Source of the DNA: Eledone cirrhosa
Lineage: Eukaryota
Direction: 5' to 3'
Assembly (NCBI GenBank): GCA_964016885.1
Contig: OZ024742.1
Coordinates: 27,280,001 to 27,344,000 of the forward strand
DNA: 64,000 nt
The notes beneath the pieces were generated by a model. The model did not search any database, had not been told where the DNA came from, and saw only the letters and a list, made by a program, of their open reading frames with translations. A program made the translations under genes and the position numbers. The stretch's first letter is position 1, and every line of letters begins with the position of its first letter. Below, one piece after another: positions 14,192 to 28,000 of the stretch.

Positions 14192-14298
14192 TGCTGTGCA
14201 TCACGCCGGAATTCGACTCGTATGAGGCGAATGTTACCTCAACGAATGGGACAACGGCTGTCTTACCCTGCACCATCAACCACCTCAGTACCCATCAG
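14192..14298 (+). CDS. Internal exon encoding the N-terminal part of an Ig domain (Dpr/DIP/lachesin/zig-like IgSF cell-surface protein)
   Basis: Acceptor TCTCTCATTTTTCAG| and donor CAG|GTAAGA. Translation (phase 1 in, phase 0 out): LCITPEFDSYEANVTSTNGTTAVLPCTINHLSTHQ, matching the P.F....NVT...G.TA.LPC.I..L pattern of the first Ig domain of this group. Not present in the ORF track. Confidence 0.85.
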
Positions 14299-14889
14299 GT
14301 AAGATACCTATAATTTACTTAAAGTATAGCGTTCTTCTCTTCGGCCAAGTCTGCACCTACCTTTGCCGAACTAAATGTAAGCTCTAAATTGTTAATGTTA
14401 AAATACCTGGTAAAAATGTGAATACTACAAATCCCGTCTCACTACTTTTATATATATACATGTATTTGCCCTGAGCTGTATCGTTAAAAGGAGCCGCGAT
14501 ACTCCTGGCTTCCCGTCTCAACTGGGGCCTATCTACCTTCACCACAGAGATGGAAGACGTCCAGGGTAAATTACATATTTCTTGTTTAAGGGAGTTAAGT
14601 CATTTATCTGGGACATCAGGTGATGTGATATTTTCCGGTACCACCTTTGTCACTTCAGCCATAAGGTCGTTAACCCTGGAATTACTTACAGGAACGGAAG
14701 ATAATTAAATACCAATCATTAATGATAAACTTTATTTCTCACCACTTACGTTGGAGACATCTGGTCTCATCGATTCCAGGATTGCCGCTTTTCTCCGCCA
14801 TATTGGGTTGAGACCCTTGTGCCAGAGGAACGAGCCCCGTGAGTTGGAATGTGTAATGAAGTCGATGTTGAAGATTGTTCTCCGCAGTG

Positions 14890-15285
14890 ACACTTTTGAC
14901 ATCATGTCCACTGGTGTTGCCCAACAATGCTGTTCAATGCTTCTGAAATCATGTCCATGACTGTGGCTTAACTATATCGTCCAATGGTTTTGACATCATA
15001 CCCAACATTGTAGCTCAACTAGGCTTTTGAATGCATTTGATTCCATATCTGCTTTTCATACTTCTGATATCATGGCCACCGATGTAGTCCATCTAAGCAG
15101 TTCAATGTTTTTGATAGTATAGATCAACTCTGTTATTCAATGTTTTTGAAATCATGTCCATGGGTGTAGCTCAACTCTATTTTTCAGTGGTGTTGACATC
15201 ATGTTCACCTGTGTAGCTAACATCTGTTGTTCATTACTTCGGAAATCATGTCCACTGGTGTAGCTCAACTCTGCTGTTCAACTGA
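14890..15285. repeat. Degenerate ~47-bp minisatellite
   Basis: GA(C/A)ATCATGTCCA..GTGTAGCTCAAC..TGTTCAATG recurs at ~14898, 14945, 14992 and onward to ~15243. Confidence 0.8.
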
Positions 15286-15330
15286 TAATGAAGCAGTGCT
15301 TACCTGTTTTGTCTCTTTCGTTTCGTTTTT

Positions 15331-15441
<111 letters not shown>

Positions 15442-15443
15442 GT

Positions 15444-15575
15444 GGTAACCCAACAGTTAGTTCACCATACCGAGAACAATTCCTTCACCTTAGCGGATCC
15501 TCAGCTCTAGTAATGGACATGGTTATAAAGGTGAAACAATTGTTCTCAGTATGGTGAACTAACTGTTGTGTTACC
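15444..15575. repeat. Short inverted repeat with a partial or variant hammerhead (15472-15507, minus)
   Basis: GGTAACCCAACAGTTAGTTCACCATACCGAGAACAATTCCTTCACCTT vs AAGGTGAAACAATTGTTCTCAGTATGGTGAACTAACTGTTGTGTTACC. Combined consensus GAG-CTGAGGA-TCCGCTAAGGT-GAAA-CAATTG-TT-CTC. Confidence 0.65.
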
Positions 15576-15640
15576 ATTTCTATCTAACTCATCCCATGGA
15601 CTGAGTGCTCTACCACTACGGATATTACCTTCCAATTTTC

Positions 15641-15776
<136 letters not shown>

Positions 15777-17114
15777 TACCAAAATATACGGTAGTGTCCA
15801 ATCCGTATGAAGAACTCAATGTAATCCAAATATCATGAAAAGAGAAGATGTATTCAAAAGCGTTTCGATGAAAATCGCAGGAAAACAGAATCAAGATAAA
15901 TTAATAAAAACAATGAATAAAAACAAAGAACAAGTTCCTTATATTAAAACAATTATCATTTTAAGATCGTTTCTAGGATATATATGTGTGTTAGTATGTA
16001 TATCATATAGATCTATGTAAACATTTTACAACTATCAAAGGAAATGTACATACCTTCACATATATATGCTGTCTTCAGAAATAATGATATTTGTTTATTG
16101 AAAAAAAAACAACAAAGATTTAATATAATAGGTCTGTTTGTGAACAAGTTTTAAATTGACCAATAGAAAAGTAGTAACATGTATATTTTGGTTAGATATC
16201 AATATAACTGTACCTCTCCATATATATAGTGTGAATATATGCACTTGGTAGACTATGAAATGTATGTGTTTAACTATGCCAACATGTACTTATCTGAGTT
16301 TGATTGTTCATGCATAAACATACTTAGTAATATTTTAGAGCATATAATATGTTATATTATACTGAGTGCAATTTACCACACCGTACTATATTGTGTTGGT
16401 TAAGTTGTATATTATCGCATTACTATATCTCATTATCTTATCATAATTTTCGTCTTTTAATATACTATCTTTCCTAGCCATAACATTAATTTATATTCAC
16501 CTTAAAACTCAATACAACACTAATCACCATTTATTTTGGCATTCCTTTTAAATTCACTATACAAGATACATTCAACTATCAGTTTGACAATCCCCTTTCT
16601 TCCTAATAGATTGTTATGCCATTTCTACTAACACCTTTCAACCATTCCTTTCAAAGGGTCATGACCTCAACTAAAATATATTACTTTTCATCTTAACACC
16701 ATATGAAAAAAAACAATTTGATTCGTTAGTTCTTCAACTACCTCCAAATATGGAGATGATACTAATTCTGAGTAAAATTATTATTGATTAAAATTATTAT
16801 TGCTTTTGAAAACAGCTGGTGATATGCATGTAAGTAAATATTCTCTCTATCTGATAGTTTGTAAACTTACATAGATCAATAACTGAGTATAGATACAATG
16901 TAGTATCACCATCTAGAAACGATCGTAAAGTAGTGAAGTATATATCTATTGACTTGATTTTTTATTTCATTGTTTTAACTTATATCATGACTCTGTTTTC
17001 CTTTCAATGTTTTATTGTTTTCTGAGATTAATCTTAACCTTCAACATTTTCAACATATGGATTACATTGAGTTCTTCATACAGAATAGACCCCACAACTT
17101 ACAGTGGATACCTC

Positions 17115-17153
<39 letters not shown>

Positions 17154-17192
17154 GATATTAATAAATGGAAACTATATTTTTAAAACCATATT

Positions 17193-17257
17193 TATTTCAT
17201 TATATATATTTCAAGGATACCAAGTTACATTATGGTATGCCTTCATCAGACAAAATA
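17193..17257 (-). ncRNA. Type I hammerhead ribozyme motif
   Basis: Minus: TATTTTGT-CTGATGA-AGGCATACCA-TAATGTAACT-TGGTATCCTT-GAAA-TATATA-TA-ATGAAATA; lies next to (TA)n; same family as 36331-36672. Confidence 0.72.
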
Positions 17258-19099
17258 CAATATATAACAGTTTTATAAATAGACATTGACGTACCCCTTT
17301 AAAAATTGACCGTTGCTTTTGGAGGCCATCAGGATAGTGATTTGTTTACTTTAGTAAGTCATAGTGTTAAGAGTAAGTAAAAAGATGGAGAGAGAGAGAG
17401 AAACGTGGAGAAAAGAAAGGGAGATATAGATAAAGAAAAAGAAGAAGGCAAAAAGAACAGAGGAAAAATAACGGGGAGATATCAAACCATCAGACAGAGA
17501 GAGATATATAGAGATAGAGAGAGGGGGGAGAGAACGAAAACCTTAACTTATGTCATATTAAGTTGAGTTAATAATTGGGATGAAAAGCATAAATAAAATT
17601 AGAAATATTAATATTCATGAATGGAATATAGATATATAATATGAGAAATTACACATTGTTTAATTATGATGAGATATTTAGTTTAAAATTGAGATCAATA
17701 TATTAAAAATTGGAATTTAAACATTATAAAATATATATATTGCTATAGAGATTATCTATCGTATATTACATACACATAGGCAAAGGTACATAAATATATA
17801 TATATACACCCTCACTCAGAAAATACACATTATATCTACTCCCGCATACAATATATATATATACAAAGCATAAGTGATTTTTTATTTATTGCCATACATT
17901 CCCTGTGTTATTAATTAAAAATTAAAAGTTTTTAGTATATATATACTTTCATGCATTTATGGCTGTTAAGTTATGCATATCTGCAATCAAAAACTGCATG
18001 TGTAAGCCTGTACATTCACATCCATAATTCCTAGCTATACATGAATAGATATGTGTGTGCATCTTCAATTGGTATACACGCGTCACTCATGCATATATAC
18101 AGACAGACATATAATCATAAAAAAACATATAACACATGTATATGTATGTCAACACACACATATAGATACATTAGCCGTACATAGATATACGTATACATCA
18201 ACATATAAAATAGTATTATTGAGTATATAAAAGGATTATATTTTGGAAATATAATTATATCAATATAACTTAAAAGGCAAACGAATTCTACAAATATCAA
18301 AATACTAAAATATCCCAAAATATTATAGAATATTTTAAGTTAAAATAATATGTTTAATATATTTAGTATAGAAATTAATCTTACGTATATTTTAATCAAG
18401 ATATTGAAAGGACAAACTTTTGAAAATTATGAGAAGCTATCAAAATAAAATAAATCTAATAAAAATTATGAAAAGCTATGAGAATAGAAACAAATCTAAT
18501 AAAAATAAAAAATATAAAAATAAAAAATAAAAAATAAAATGAATCTAATAAAAAAATAAATAAAATGAATCTAATAAAAAATAAAATATGATATCAATAT
18601 AACTTAAAAACAAGGATTCTACAGATATCAAAGTATTAAAAAGTTTAAAAATTAAAAATTAAAAAAATTAAAAATTAAAAAATAAAAAAATAAAAAAATA
18701 AAAAAATAAAAAAATAAAAAAATAAAAAAATAAAAATAAAAATTAGTATATCTACTCCAAATATTTGTTGAGTGCTTTATATCAGTTATAAAAATATTTG
18801 CTTGTTGTATCCCAACAATTTAAATTAAACTTTTGCATATATGTATATATATATATTTATATATATATATATATATGTTAAAACACTATAGAACGCAGTA
18901 AATGAATGTGTTAGTGTATGAATGAGTAAGTGAAGGAATACGTGATTGAAAGAGTATATGATTGAGTAAGTGGCTACACAAATGAATGAGTGCCTATCTG
19001 ATTATGTGCCTGGATGAATATACTTGTGAGAGAATGTAACTGTGAGTATGGTTGTATATGAAAGAATACATGATCTAATAAGTGATTGAGGAAGGACGT

Positions 19100-22000
19100 G
19101 AGTGGGAAATTGAGTGAATGATTGAGTGGGTGAGTATGTGAAGAAGGGAGAGAAAGAGTGAATGATTGAGTGGGTGAATGTGTGAAGGAGGCAGAGGGAG
19201 TTAATGATTGAGTGGGTGAGTGGGTGAAGTAGAGAGAAGCAGTCAATGATTATGTGGGTGAGTAAAGAAGGGTGATAAAGTGAATGAGTGGGTAAGTGTG
19301 TGAAGACGAGATAGGGAGTGAATAATTGAGTGTCTGAGTAGGTGAAGAGGAGAGAGAGAGTGAATGATTGAGTGGGTGTATGAAGAAGGGAGAGGGAGTG
19401 AATGAGTGGGTGAGTGTGTGAAGAAGGTAGAGACAGTGAAAGACTCAGTGAGTGTGTGAAGAAGGGAGATACAATGAAGGATTGAGTGGGTGAGTGAGTG
19501 AAGAAGCTAGAGACAATGAATGACTCAGTGAGTGTGTGAGGAAGGGAGATACAATGAAGGATTGAGTGGGTGAGGTGCTGAAGAAGAGAGAGACAGTGAC
19601 TGAGTGGGTGAGTGTGTGAAGAAGCGAGAGACAGTGATTGAGTGGGTGAGTTGGTGAAGAAGAGAGAGACAGTGAATGAGTGGGTGAGTTGGTGAAGAAG
19701 AGAGAGACAATGACTGAGTGGGTGAGTGTGTGAAGAAGGAAGAGACAGTGACTGAGTGGGTGAGTTGGTAAAGAAGAGAGAGACAGTGACTGAGTAGGTG
19801 AGTGTGTGAAGAAGAGAGAGACAGTGATTGAGTGGGTGAGTGTCTGAAGAAGAGAGAGACAGTGACTGAGTGGGTGAAGAAGGGAGAGAGAGTCAATGAG
19901 TGGGTGAGTGTGTGAAGAAGGGAGAGACAGTGACTGAGTGGGTGAGTGTGAGAAGAAGAGAGAGAGATAGTGACTGAGTGGGTGAGTGTGTGAAGAAGAG
20001 AGAGACGGTGACTGAGTGGGTGAGTGTGTGAATAAGGGAGAGACAGTGACTGAGTGGGTGAGTGTATGAAGAAGAGAAAGACAGTGACTGAGTGGGTGAG
20101 TGGGTGAAAAAGAGAGAGACAGTGACTGAGTGGGTGAGTGTGTGAAGAAGGGAGAGACAGTGACTGAGTGGGTGAGTGCGTGGAGAAGAGAGAGACAGAA
20201 ATGAGTGGGTGAGTTGGTGAAGAAGGGAGAGACAGAGAATGAGTGGGTGAGTGTGTGAAGGAGAGAGAGACAGTGACTGAGTGGGTGAGTGTGTGAAGAA
20301 GAGAGAGACAGGGACTGAGTGGGTGAGTTGGTGAAGGAGGGAGAGACAGTGAATGAGTGTGTGAGTTGGTGAAGAAGAGAGAGACAGTGAGTGAGTGGGT
20401 GAGTGGCTGAAGGAGGGAGAGACAGTGAATGAGTGGGTGAGTTGGTGAAGAATAGAGAGACAGTGACTGAGTGGGTGAGTGTGTGAAGGAGAGAGAGAGA
20501 GAATGACTGTGTGGGTGAGTTGGTGAAGAAATGAGAGACAGTTACTGAGTGGGTGAGTGTGTGAAGAAGAGAGATACAGTGAATGAGTGGGTGAGTGTGT
20601 GAAGCAGGGAGAGACAGTGACTGAGTGGGTGAGTTGGTGAAGAAGAGAGAGACAGTGACTGAGTGGGTGAGTGTGGGAAGAAGAGAGAGGCAGTGACTGA
20701 GTGGGTGAGTTGGTGAAGAAGAGAGAGACAGTGACTGAGTGGGTGAGTGGGTGAAGAAGAGAGAGGCAGTGACTGAGTGGGTGAGTTGGTGAAGAAGAGA
20801 GAGACAGTGACTGGGTGGGTGAGTATGTGAAGAAGAGAGAGACAGTGACTGAGTGGGTGAGTGTCTGATGAAGAGAGAGACAGTGACTGAGTGGGTGAGT
20901 GTGTGGAGAAGAGAGAGAGAGTGACTGAGTGGGTGAGTGTGTGAAGAAGAGAGAGACAGTGACTGAGTGGGTGAGTTGGTGAAGAAGAGAGAGAGAGTGA
21001 CTGAGTGGGTGAGTGTGTGAAGAAGAGAGAGACAGTGACTGAGTGGGTGAGTGTGTGAAGAAGAGAGAGACAGTGAATGAGTGGGTGAGTTGGTGAAGAA
21101 GATAGAGACAGTGAATGAGTGGGTGAGTGTGTGAAGAAGAGAGAGACAGTGACTGAGTGGGTGAGTTGGTGAAGAAGGGAGAGACAGTGACTGAGTGGGT
21201 GAGTGTGTGAAGAGGCGAGAGACAGTGACTGAGTGGGTGAGTTGGTGAAGAAGAGAGAGACAGTGACTGAGTGGGTGAGTGTGTTAAGAAGAGAGAGACA
21301 GTGACTGAGTGGGTGAGTGTCTGAAGAAGAGAGAGACAGTGACTGAGTGGGTGAGTGGGTGAAGAAGGGAGAGAGAGTGAATGAGTGGGTGAGTGTGTGA
21401 AGAAGGGAGAGACAGTGACTGAGTGGGTGAGTTGGTGAAGAAGGGAGAGACAGTGACTGAGTGGGTGAGTGTGTGAAGATGGGAGAGACAGTGACTGAGT
21501 GGGTGAGTTGGTGAAGAAGAGAGAGACAGTGAATGAGTGGGTGAGTGTGTGAAGAAGAGAGAGACAGTGACTGAGTGGGTGAGTTGGTGAAGAAGAGAGA
21601 GACAGTGACTGAGTGGGTGAGTTGGTGAAGAAGAGAGAGACAGTGACTGAGTGGGTGAGTGGGTGAAGAAGGGAGAGAGAGTGAATGAGTGGGTGAGTGT
21701 GTGAAGAAGGGAGAGACAGTGACTGAGTGGATGATTGGGTGAAAAAGAGAGAGACAGTGAATGAGTGGGTGAGTGGGTGAAGAAGAGAGAGACAGTGAAT
21801 GAGTGGGTGAGTGGGTGAAAAAGAGAGAGACAGTGACTGGATGGGTGAGTGGGTGAAGAAGAGAGAGACAGTGACTGAGTGAGTGAGTGAGTTGGTGAAT
21901 AAGAGAGAGACAGTGAATGAGTGGGTGAATGTGTGAAGAAGAGAGAGGCAGTGATTGAGTGGATGAGTGGGTGAAAAAGAGAGAGACAGTGACTGAGTGG

Positions 22001-25000
22001 TTGAGTGTGTGAAGAAGAGAGACAGTGAATGAGTGGGTGAGTTGGTGAAGAAGGGAGAGACAGGGAATGAGTGGGTGAGTTGGTGAAGAAGGGAGAGACA
22101 GGGAATGAGTGGGTGAGTGTGTGAATAAGGGAGAGACAGTGACTGAGTGGGTGAGTGGGTGGAAAAGAGAGAGACAGTCACTGAGTGGGTGAGTGTGTGA
22201 AGAAGGGAGAGACAGTGACTGAGTGGGTGAGTGCGTGGAGAAGAGAGAGACAGTAAATGAGTGGGTGAGTTGGTGAAGAAGGGAGAGACAGAGAATGAGT
22301 GGGTGAGTGTGTGAAGGAGAGAGAGACAGTGAATGAGTGTGTGAGTTGGTGAAGAAGAGAGAGACAGTGAGTGAGTGGGTGAGTGGCTGAAGGAGGGAGA
22401 GACAGTGAATGAGTGGGTGAGTTGGTGAAGAATAGAGAGACAGTGACTGAGTGGGTGAGTGTGTGAAGAAGAGAGATACAGTGAATGAGTGGGTGAGTGC
22501 GTGAAGCAGGGAGAGACAGTGACTGAGTGGGTGAGTTGGTGAAGAAGAGAGAGACAGTGACTGAGTGGGTGAGTGTGGGAAGAAGAGAGAGGCAGTGACG
22601 GAGTGGGTGAGTTGGTGAAGAAGAGAGAGACAGTGACTGAGTGGGTGAGTGTGTGAAGAGGAGAGAGGCAGTGAATGAGTGGGTGAGTGGGTGAAGAAGA
22701 GAGAGACAGTGACTGAGTGGGTGAGTTGGTGAAGAAGAGAGAGTCAGTGAATGAGTGGGTGAGTGTGTGAAGAAGAGTGAGACAGTGACTGAGTAGTTGA
22801 GTGTGTGAAGAAGAGAGAGACAGTGACTGAGTGGGTGAGTGTGTGAAGAAGAGAGATACAGTGAATGAGTGGGTTAGTTGGTGAAGAAGAGAGAGACAGT
22901 GAATGATTGGGTGAGTGGGTGAAGAAGAGAGAGACAGTGAATGAGTGGGTGAGTGGGTGAAGAAGAGAGAGACAGTGAATGAGTGGGTGAGTGGGTGAAG
23001 AAGAGAGAGACAGTGACTGGATGGGTGAGTGGGTGAAGAAGAGAGAGACAGTGACTGAGTGAGTGAGTGAGTTGGTGAATAAGAGAGAGACAGTGAATGA
23101 GTGGGTGAATGTGTGAAGAAGAGAGAGGCAGTGACTGAGTGGATGAGTGTGTGAAGAAGGGAGAGACAGTGACTGATTGGGTGAGTGTGTGAAGAAGAGA
23201 GAGACAGTGAATGAATGGGTGAGTGGGTGAAGAAGAGAGGGAGAGACAGTGACTGAGTGGGTGAGTGTGTGAAGAAGAGTGACACAGTGACTGAGTGGGT
23301 GAGTGTGTGAAAAAGAGAGAGGCAGTGAATGAGTGGGTGAGTGTGTGAAGAAGGGAGAGACAGTGACTGAGTGAGTGAGTGTGTGAAGAAGAGAGAGGCA
23401 GTGACTGAGTGGGTGAGTGTGTGATGAAGGGAGAGACAGTGACTGAGTGGGTGAGTGTGTGAAGAAGAGTGAGACAGTGACTGAGTGGGTGAGTTGGTGA
23501 AGAAGAGAGATAGAGTGAATGAGTGGGTTAGTTGGTGAAGAAGAGAGAGACAGTGAATGAATGGGTGAGTGGGTGAAGAAGAGACAGACAGTGAATGAGT
23601 GGGTGAGTGGGTGAAGAAGAGAGAGACAGTGACTGGATGGGTGAGTGGGTGAAGAAGAGAGAGACAGTGACTGAGTGAGTGAGTGAGTTGGTGAATAAGA
23701 GAGAGACAGTGAATGAGTGGGTGAATGTGTGAAGAAGAGAGAGGCAGTGACTGAGTGGATGAGTGTGTGAAGAAGGGAGAGACAGTGACTGATTGGGTAA
23801 GTGTGTGAAGAAGAGAGAGACAGTGAATGAATGGGTGAGTGGGTGAAGAAGAGAGGGAGAGACAGTGACTGAGTGGGTGAGTGTGTGATGAAGAGTGACA
23901 CAGTGACTGAGTGGGTGAGTGTGTGAAGAAGAGAGAGGCAGTGAATGAGTGGGTGAGTGTGTGAAGAAGGGAGAGACAGTGACTGAGTGAGTGAGTGTGT
24001 GAAGAAGAGAGAGGCAGTGACTGAGTGGGTGAGTGTGTGATGAAGGGAGAGACAGTGACTGAGTGGGTGAGTGTGTGAAGAAGAGAGAGACAGTGAATGA
24101 ATGGGTGAGTGGGTGAAGAAGAGAGGGAGAGACAGTGACTGAGTGGGTGAGTGTGTGAAGAAGAGTGACACAGTGACTGAGTGGGTGAGTGTGTGAAGAA
24201 GAGAGAGGCAGTGAATGAGTGGGTGAGTGTGTGAAGAAGGGAGAGACAGTGACTGAGTGAGTGAGTGTGTGAAGAAGAGAGAGGCAGTGACTGAGTGGGT
24301 GAGTGTGTGATGAAGGGAGAGACAGTGACTGAGTGGGTGAGTGTGTGAAGAAGAGTGAGACAGTGACTGAGTGGGTGAGTTGGTGAAGAAGAGAGAGACA
24401 GTGAATGAGTGGGTTAGTTGGTGAAGAAGAGAGAGTCAGTGAATGAATGGGTGAGTGGGTGAAGAAGAGAGAGACAGTGACTGAGTGAGTGAGTGAGTTG
24501 GTGAATAAGAGAGAGACAGTGAATGAGTGGGTGAATGTGTGAAGAAGAGAGAGGCAGTGACTGAGTGGATGAGTGTGTGAAGAAGGGAGAGACAGTGACT
24601 GATTGGGTGAGTGTGTGAAGAAGAGAGAGACAGTGAATGAATGGGTGAGTGGGTGAAGAAGAGAGGGAGAGACAGTGACTGAGTGGGTGAGTGTGTGAAG
24701 AAGAGTGACACAGTGACTGAGTGGGTGAGTGTGTGAAGAAGAGAGAGGCAGTGAATGAGTGGGTGAGTGTGTGAAGAAGGGAGAGACAGTGACTGAGTGG
24801 GTGAGTGGGTGAAGAAGAGAGGGAGAGACAGTGACTGAGTGAGTGACTGTGTGAAGAAGAGAGAGGCAGTGATTGAGTGGGTGAGTGTGTGATGAAGGGA
24901 GAGACAGTGACTGAGTGGGTGAGTGTGTGAAGAAGAGTGAGACAGTGACTGAGTGGGTGAGTGTCTGAAGAAGAGAGAGACAGTGACTGAGTGGGTGAAT

Positions 25001-28000
25001 GGGTGAAGAAGGGAGAGAGAGTGAATGAGTGGGTGAGTGTGTGAAGAAGGGAGAGACAGTGACTGAGTGGATGAGTGGGTGAAAAAGAGAGAGACAGTGA
25101 ATGAGTGGGTGAGTGGGTGAAGAAGAGAGAGACAGTGACTGGATGGGTGAGTGGGCGAAGAAGAGAGAGACAGTGACTGAGTGGGTGAGTGTGTGAAGAA
25201 GAGAGATACAGTGAATGAGTGGGTTAGTTGGTGAAGAAGAGAGAGACAGTGAATGAATGGGTGAGTGGGTGAAGAAGAGAGAGACAGTGAATGAGTGGGT
25301 GAGTGGGTGAAGAAGAGAGAGACAGTGAATGAGTGGGTGAGTGGGTGAAGAAGAGAGAGACAGTGACTGGATGGGTGAGTGGGTGAAGAAGAGAGAGACA
25401 GTGACTGAGTGAGTGAGTGAGTTGGTGAATAAGAGAGAGACAGTGAATGAGTGGGTGAATGTGTGAAGAAGAGAGAGGCAGTGACTGAGTGGATGAGTGT
25501 GTGAAGAAGGGAGTGACAGTGACTGATTGGGTGAGTGTGTGAAGAAGAGAGAGACAGTGAATGAATGGGTGAGTGGGTGAAGAAGAGAGGGAGAGACAGT
25601 GACTGAGTGGGTGAGTGTGTGAAGAAGAGTGACACAGTGACTGAGTGGGTGAGTGTGTGAAGAAGAGAGAGGCAGTGAATGAGTGGGTGAGTGTGTGAAG
25701 AAGGGAGAGACAGTGACTGAGTGAGTGAGTGTGTGAAGAAGAGAGAGGCAGTGACTGAGTGGGTGAGTGTGTGATGAAGGGAGAGACAGTGACTGAGTGG
25801 GTGAGTGTGTGAAGAAGAGTGAGACAGTGACTGAGTGGGTGAGTTGGTGAAGAAGAGAGATACAGTGAATGAGTGGGTTAGTTGGTGAAGAAGAGAGAGA
25901 CAGTGAATGAATGGGTGAGTGGGTGAAGAAGAGAGAGACAGTGAATGAGTGGGTGAGTGGGTGAAGAAGAGAGAGACAGTGACTGGATGGGTGAGTGGGT
26001 GAAGAAGAGAGAGACAGTGACTGAGTGAGTGAGTGAGTTGGTGAATAAGAGAGAGACAGTGAATGAGTGGGTGAATGTGTGAAGAAGAGAGAGGCAGTGA
26101 CTGAGTGGATGAGTGTGTGAAGAAGGGAGAGACAGTGACTGATTGGGTGAGTGTGTGAAGAAGAGAGAGACAGTGAATGAATGGGTGAGTGGGTGAAGAA
26201 GAGAGGGAGAGACAGTGACTGAGTGGGTGAGAGTGTGAAGAAGAGTGACACAGTGACTGAGTGGCTGAGTGTGTGAAGAAGAGAGAGGCAGTGAATGAGT
26301 GGGTGAGTGTGTGAAGAAGGGAGAGACAGTGACTGAGTGAGTGAGTGTGTGAAGAAGAGAGAGGCAGTGACTGAGTGGGTGAGTGTGTGATGAAGGGAGA
26401 GACAGTGACTGAGTAGGTGAGTGTGTGAAGAAGAGTGAGACAGTGACTGAGTGGGTGAGTGTCTGAAGAAGAGAGAGACAGTGACTGAGTGGGTGAGTGG
26501 GTGAAGAAGGGAGAGAGAGTGAATGAGTGGGTGAGTGTGTGAAGAAGGGAGAGACAATGACTGAGTGGATGAGTGGGTGAAAAAGAGAGAGACAGTGAAT
26601 GAGTGGGTGAGTGGGTGAAGAAGAGAGAGACAGTGAATGAGTGGGTGAGTGGGTGAAGAAGAGAGAGACAGTGACTGGATGGGTGAGTGGGTGAAGAAGA
26701 GAGAGACAGTGACTGAGTGAGTGAGTGAGTTGGTGAATAAGAGAGAGACAGTGAATGAGTGGGTGAATGTGTGAAGAAGAGAGAGGCAGTGATTGAGTGG
26801 ATGAGTGGGTTTAAAAGAGAGAGACAGTGACTGAGTGGTTGAGTGTGTGAAGAAGAGAGACAGTGAATGAGTGGGTGAGTTGGTGAAGAAGGGAGAGACA
26901 GGGAATGAGTGGGTGAGTGTGTGAATAAGGGAGAGACAGTGACTGAGTGGGTGAGTGGGTGAAAAAGAGAGAGACAGTGACTGAGTGGGTGAGTGTGTGA
27001 AGAAGGGAGAGACAGTGACTGAGTGGGTGAGTGCGTGGAGAAGAGAGAGACAGTAAATGAGTGGGTGAGTTGGTGAAGAAGGGAGAGACAGAGAATGAGT
27101 GGGTGAGTGTGTGAAGGAGAGAGAGACAGTGACTGAGTGGGTGAGTGTGTGAAGAAGAGAGAGACAGTGACTGAGTGGGTGAGTTGGTGAAGGAAGGAGA
27201 GACAGTGAATGAGTGTGTGAGTTGGTGAAGAAGAGAGAGACAGTGAGTGAGTGGGTGAGTGGCTGAAGGAGGGAGAGACAGTGAATGAGTGGGTGAGTTG
27301 GTGAAGAATAGAGAGACAGTGATTGAGTGGGTGAGTGTGTGAAGAAGAGAGATACAGTGAATGAGTGGGTGAGTGCGTGAAGCAGGGAGAGACAGTGACT
27401 GAGTGGGTGAGTTGGTGAAGAAGAGAGAGACAGTGACTGAGTGGGTGAGTGTGGGAAGAAGAGAGAGGTAGTGACGGAGTGGGTGAGTTGGTGAAGAAGA
27501 GAGAGACAGTGACTGAGTGGGTGAGTGTGTGAAGAGGAGAGAGGCAGTGAATGAGTGGGTGAGTGGGTGAAGAAGAGAGAGACAGTGACTGAGTGGGTGA
27601 GTTGGTGAAGAAGAGAGAGTCAGTGAATGAGTGGGTGAGTGTGTGAAGAAGAGTGAGACAGTGACTGAGTAGTTGAGTGTGTGAAGAAGAGAGAGACAGT
27701 GACTGAGTGGGTGAGTGTGTGAAGAAGAGAGATACAGTGAATGAGTGGGTTAGTTGGTGAAGAAGAGAGAGACAGTGAATGAATGGGTGAGTGGGTGAAG
27801 AAGAGAGAGACAGTGAATGAGTGGGTGAGTGGGTGAAGAAGAGAGAGACAGTGAATGAGTGGGTGAGTGGGTGAAGAAGAGAGAGACAGTGACTGGATGG
27901 GTGAGTGGGTGAAGAAGAGAGAGACAGTGACTGAGTGAGTGAGTGAGTTGGTGAATAAGAGAGAGACAGTGAATGAGTGGGTGAATGTGTGAAGAAGAGA

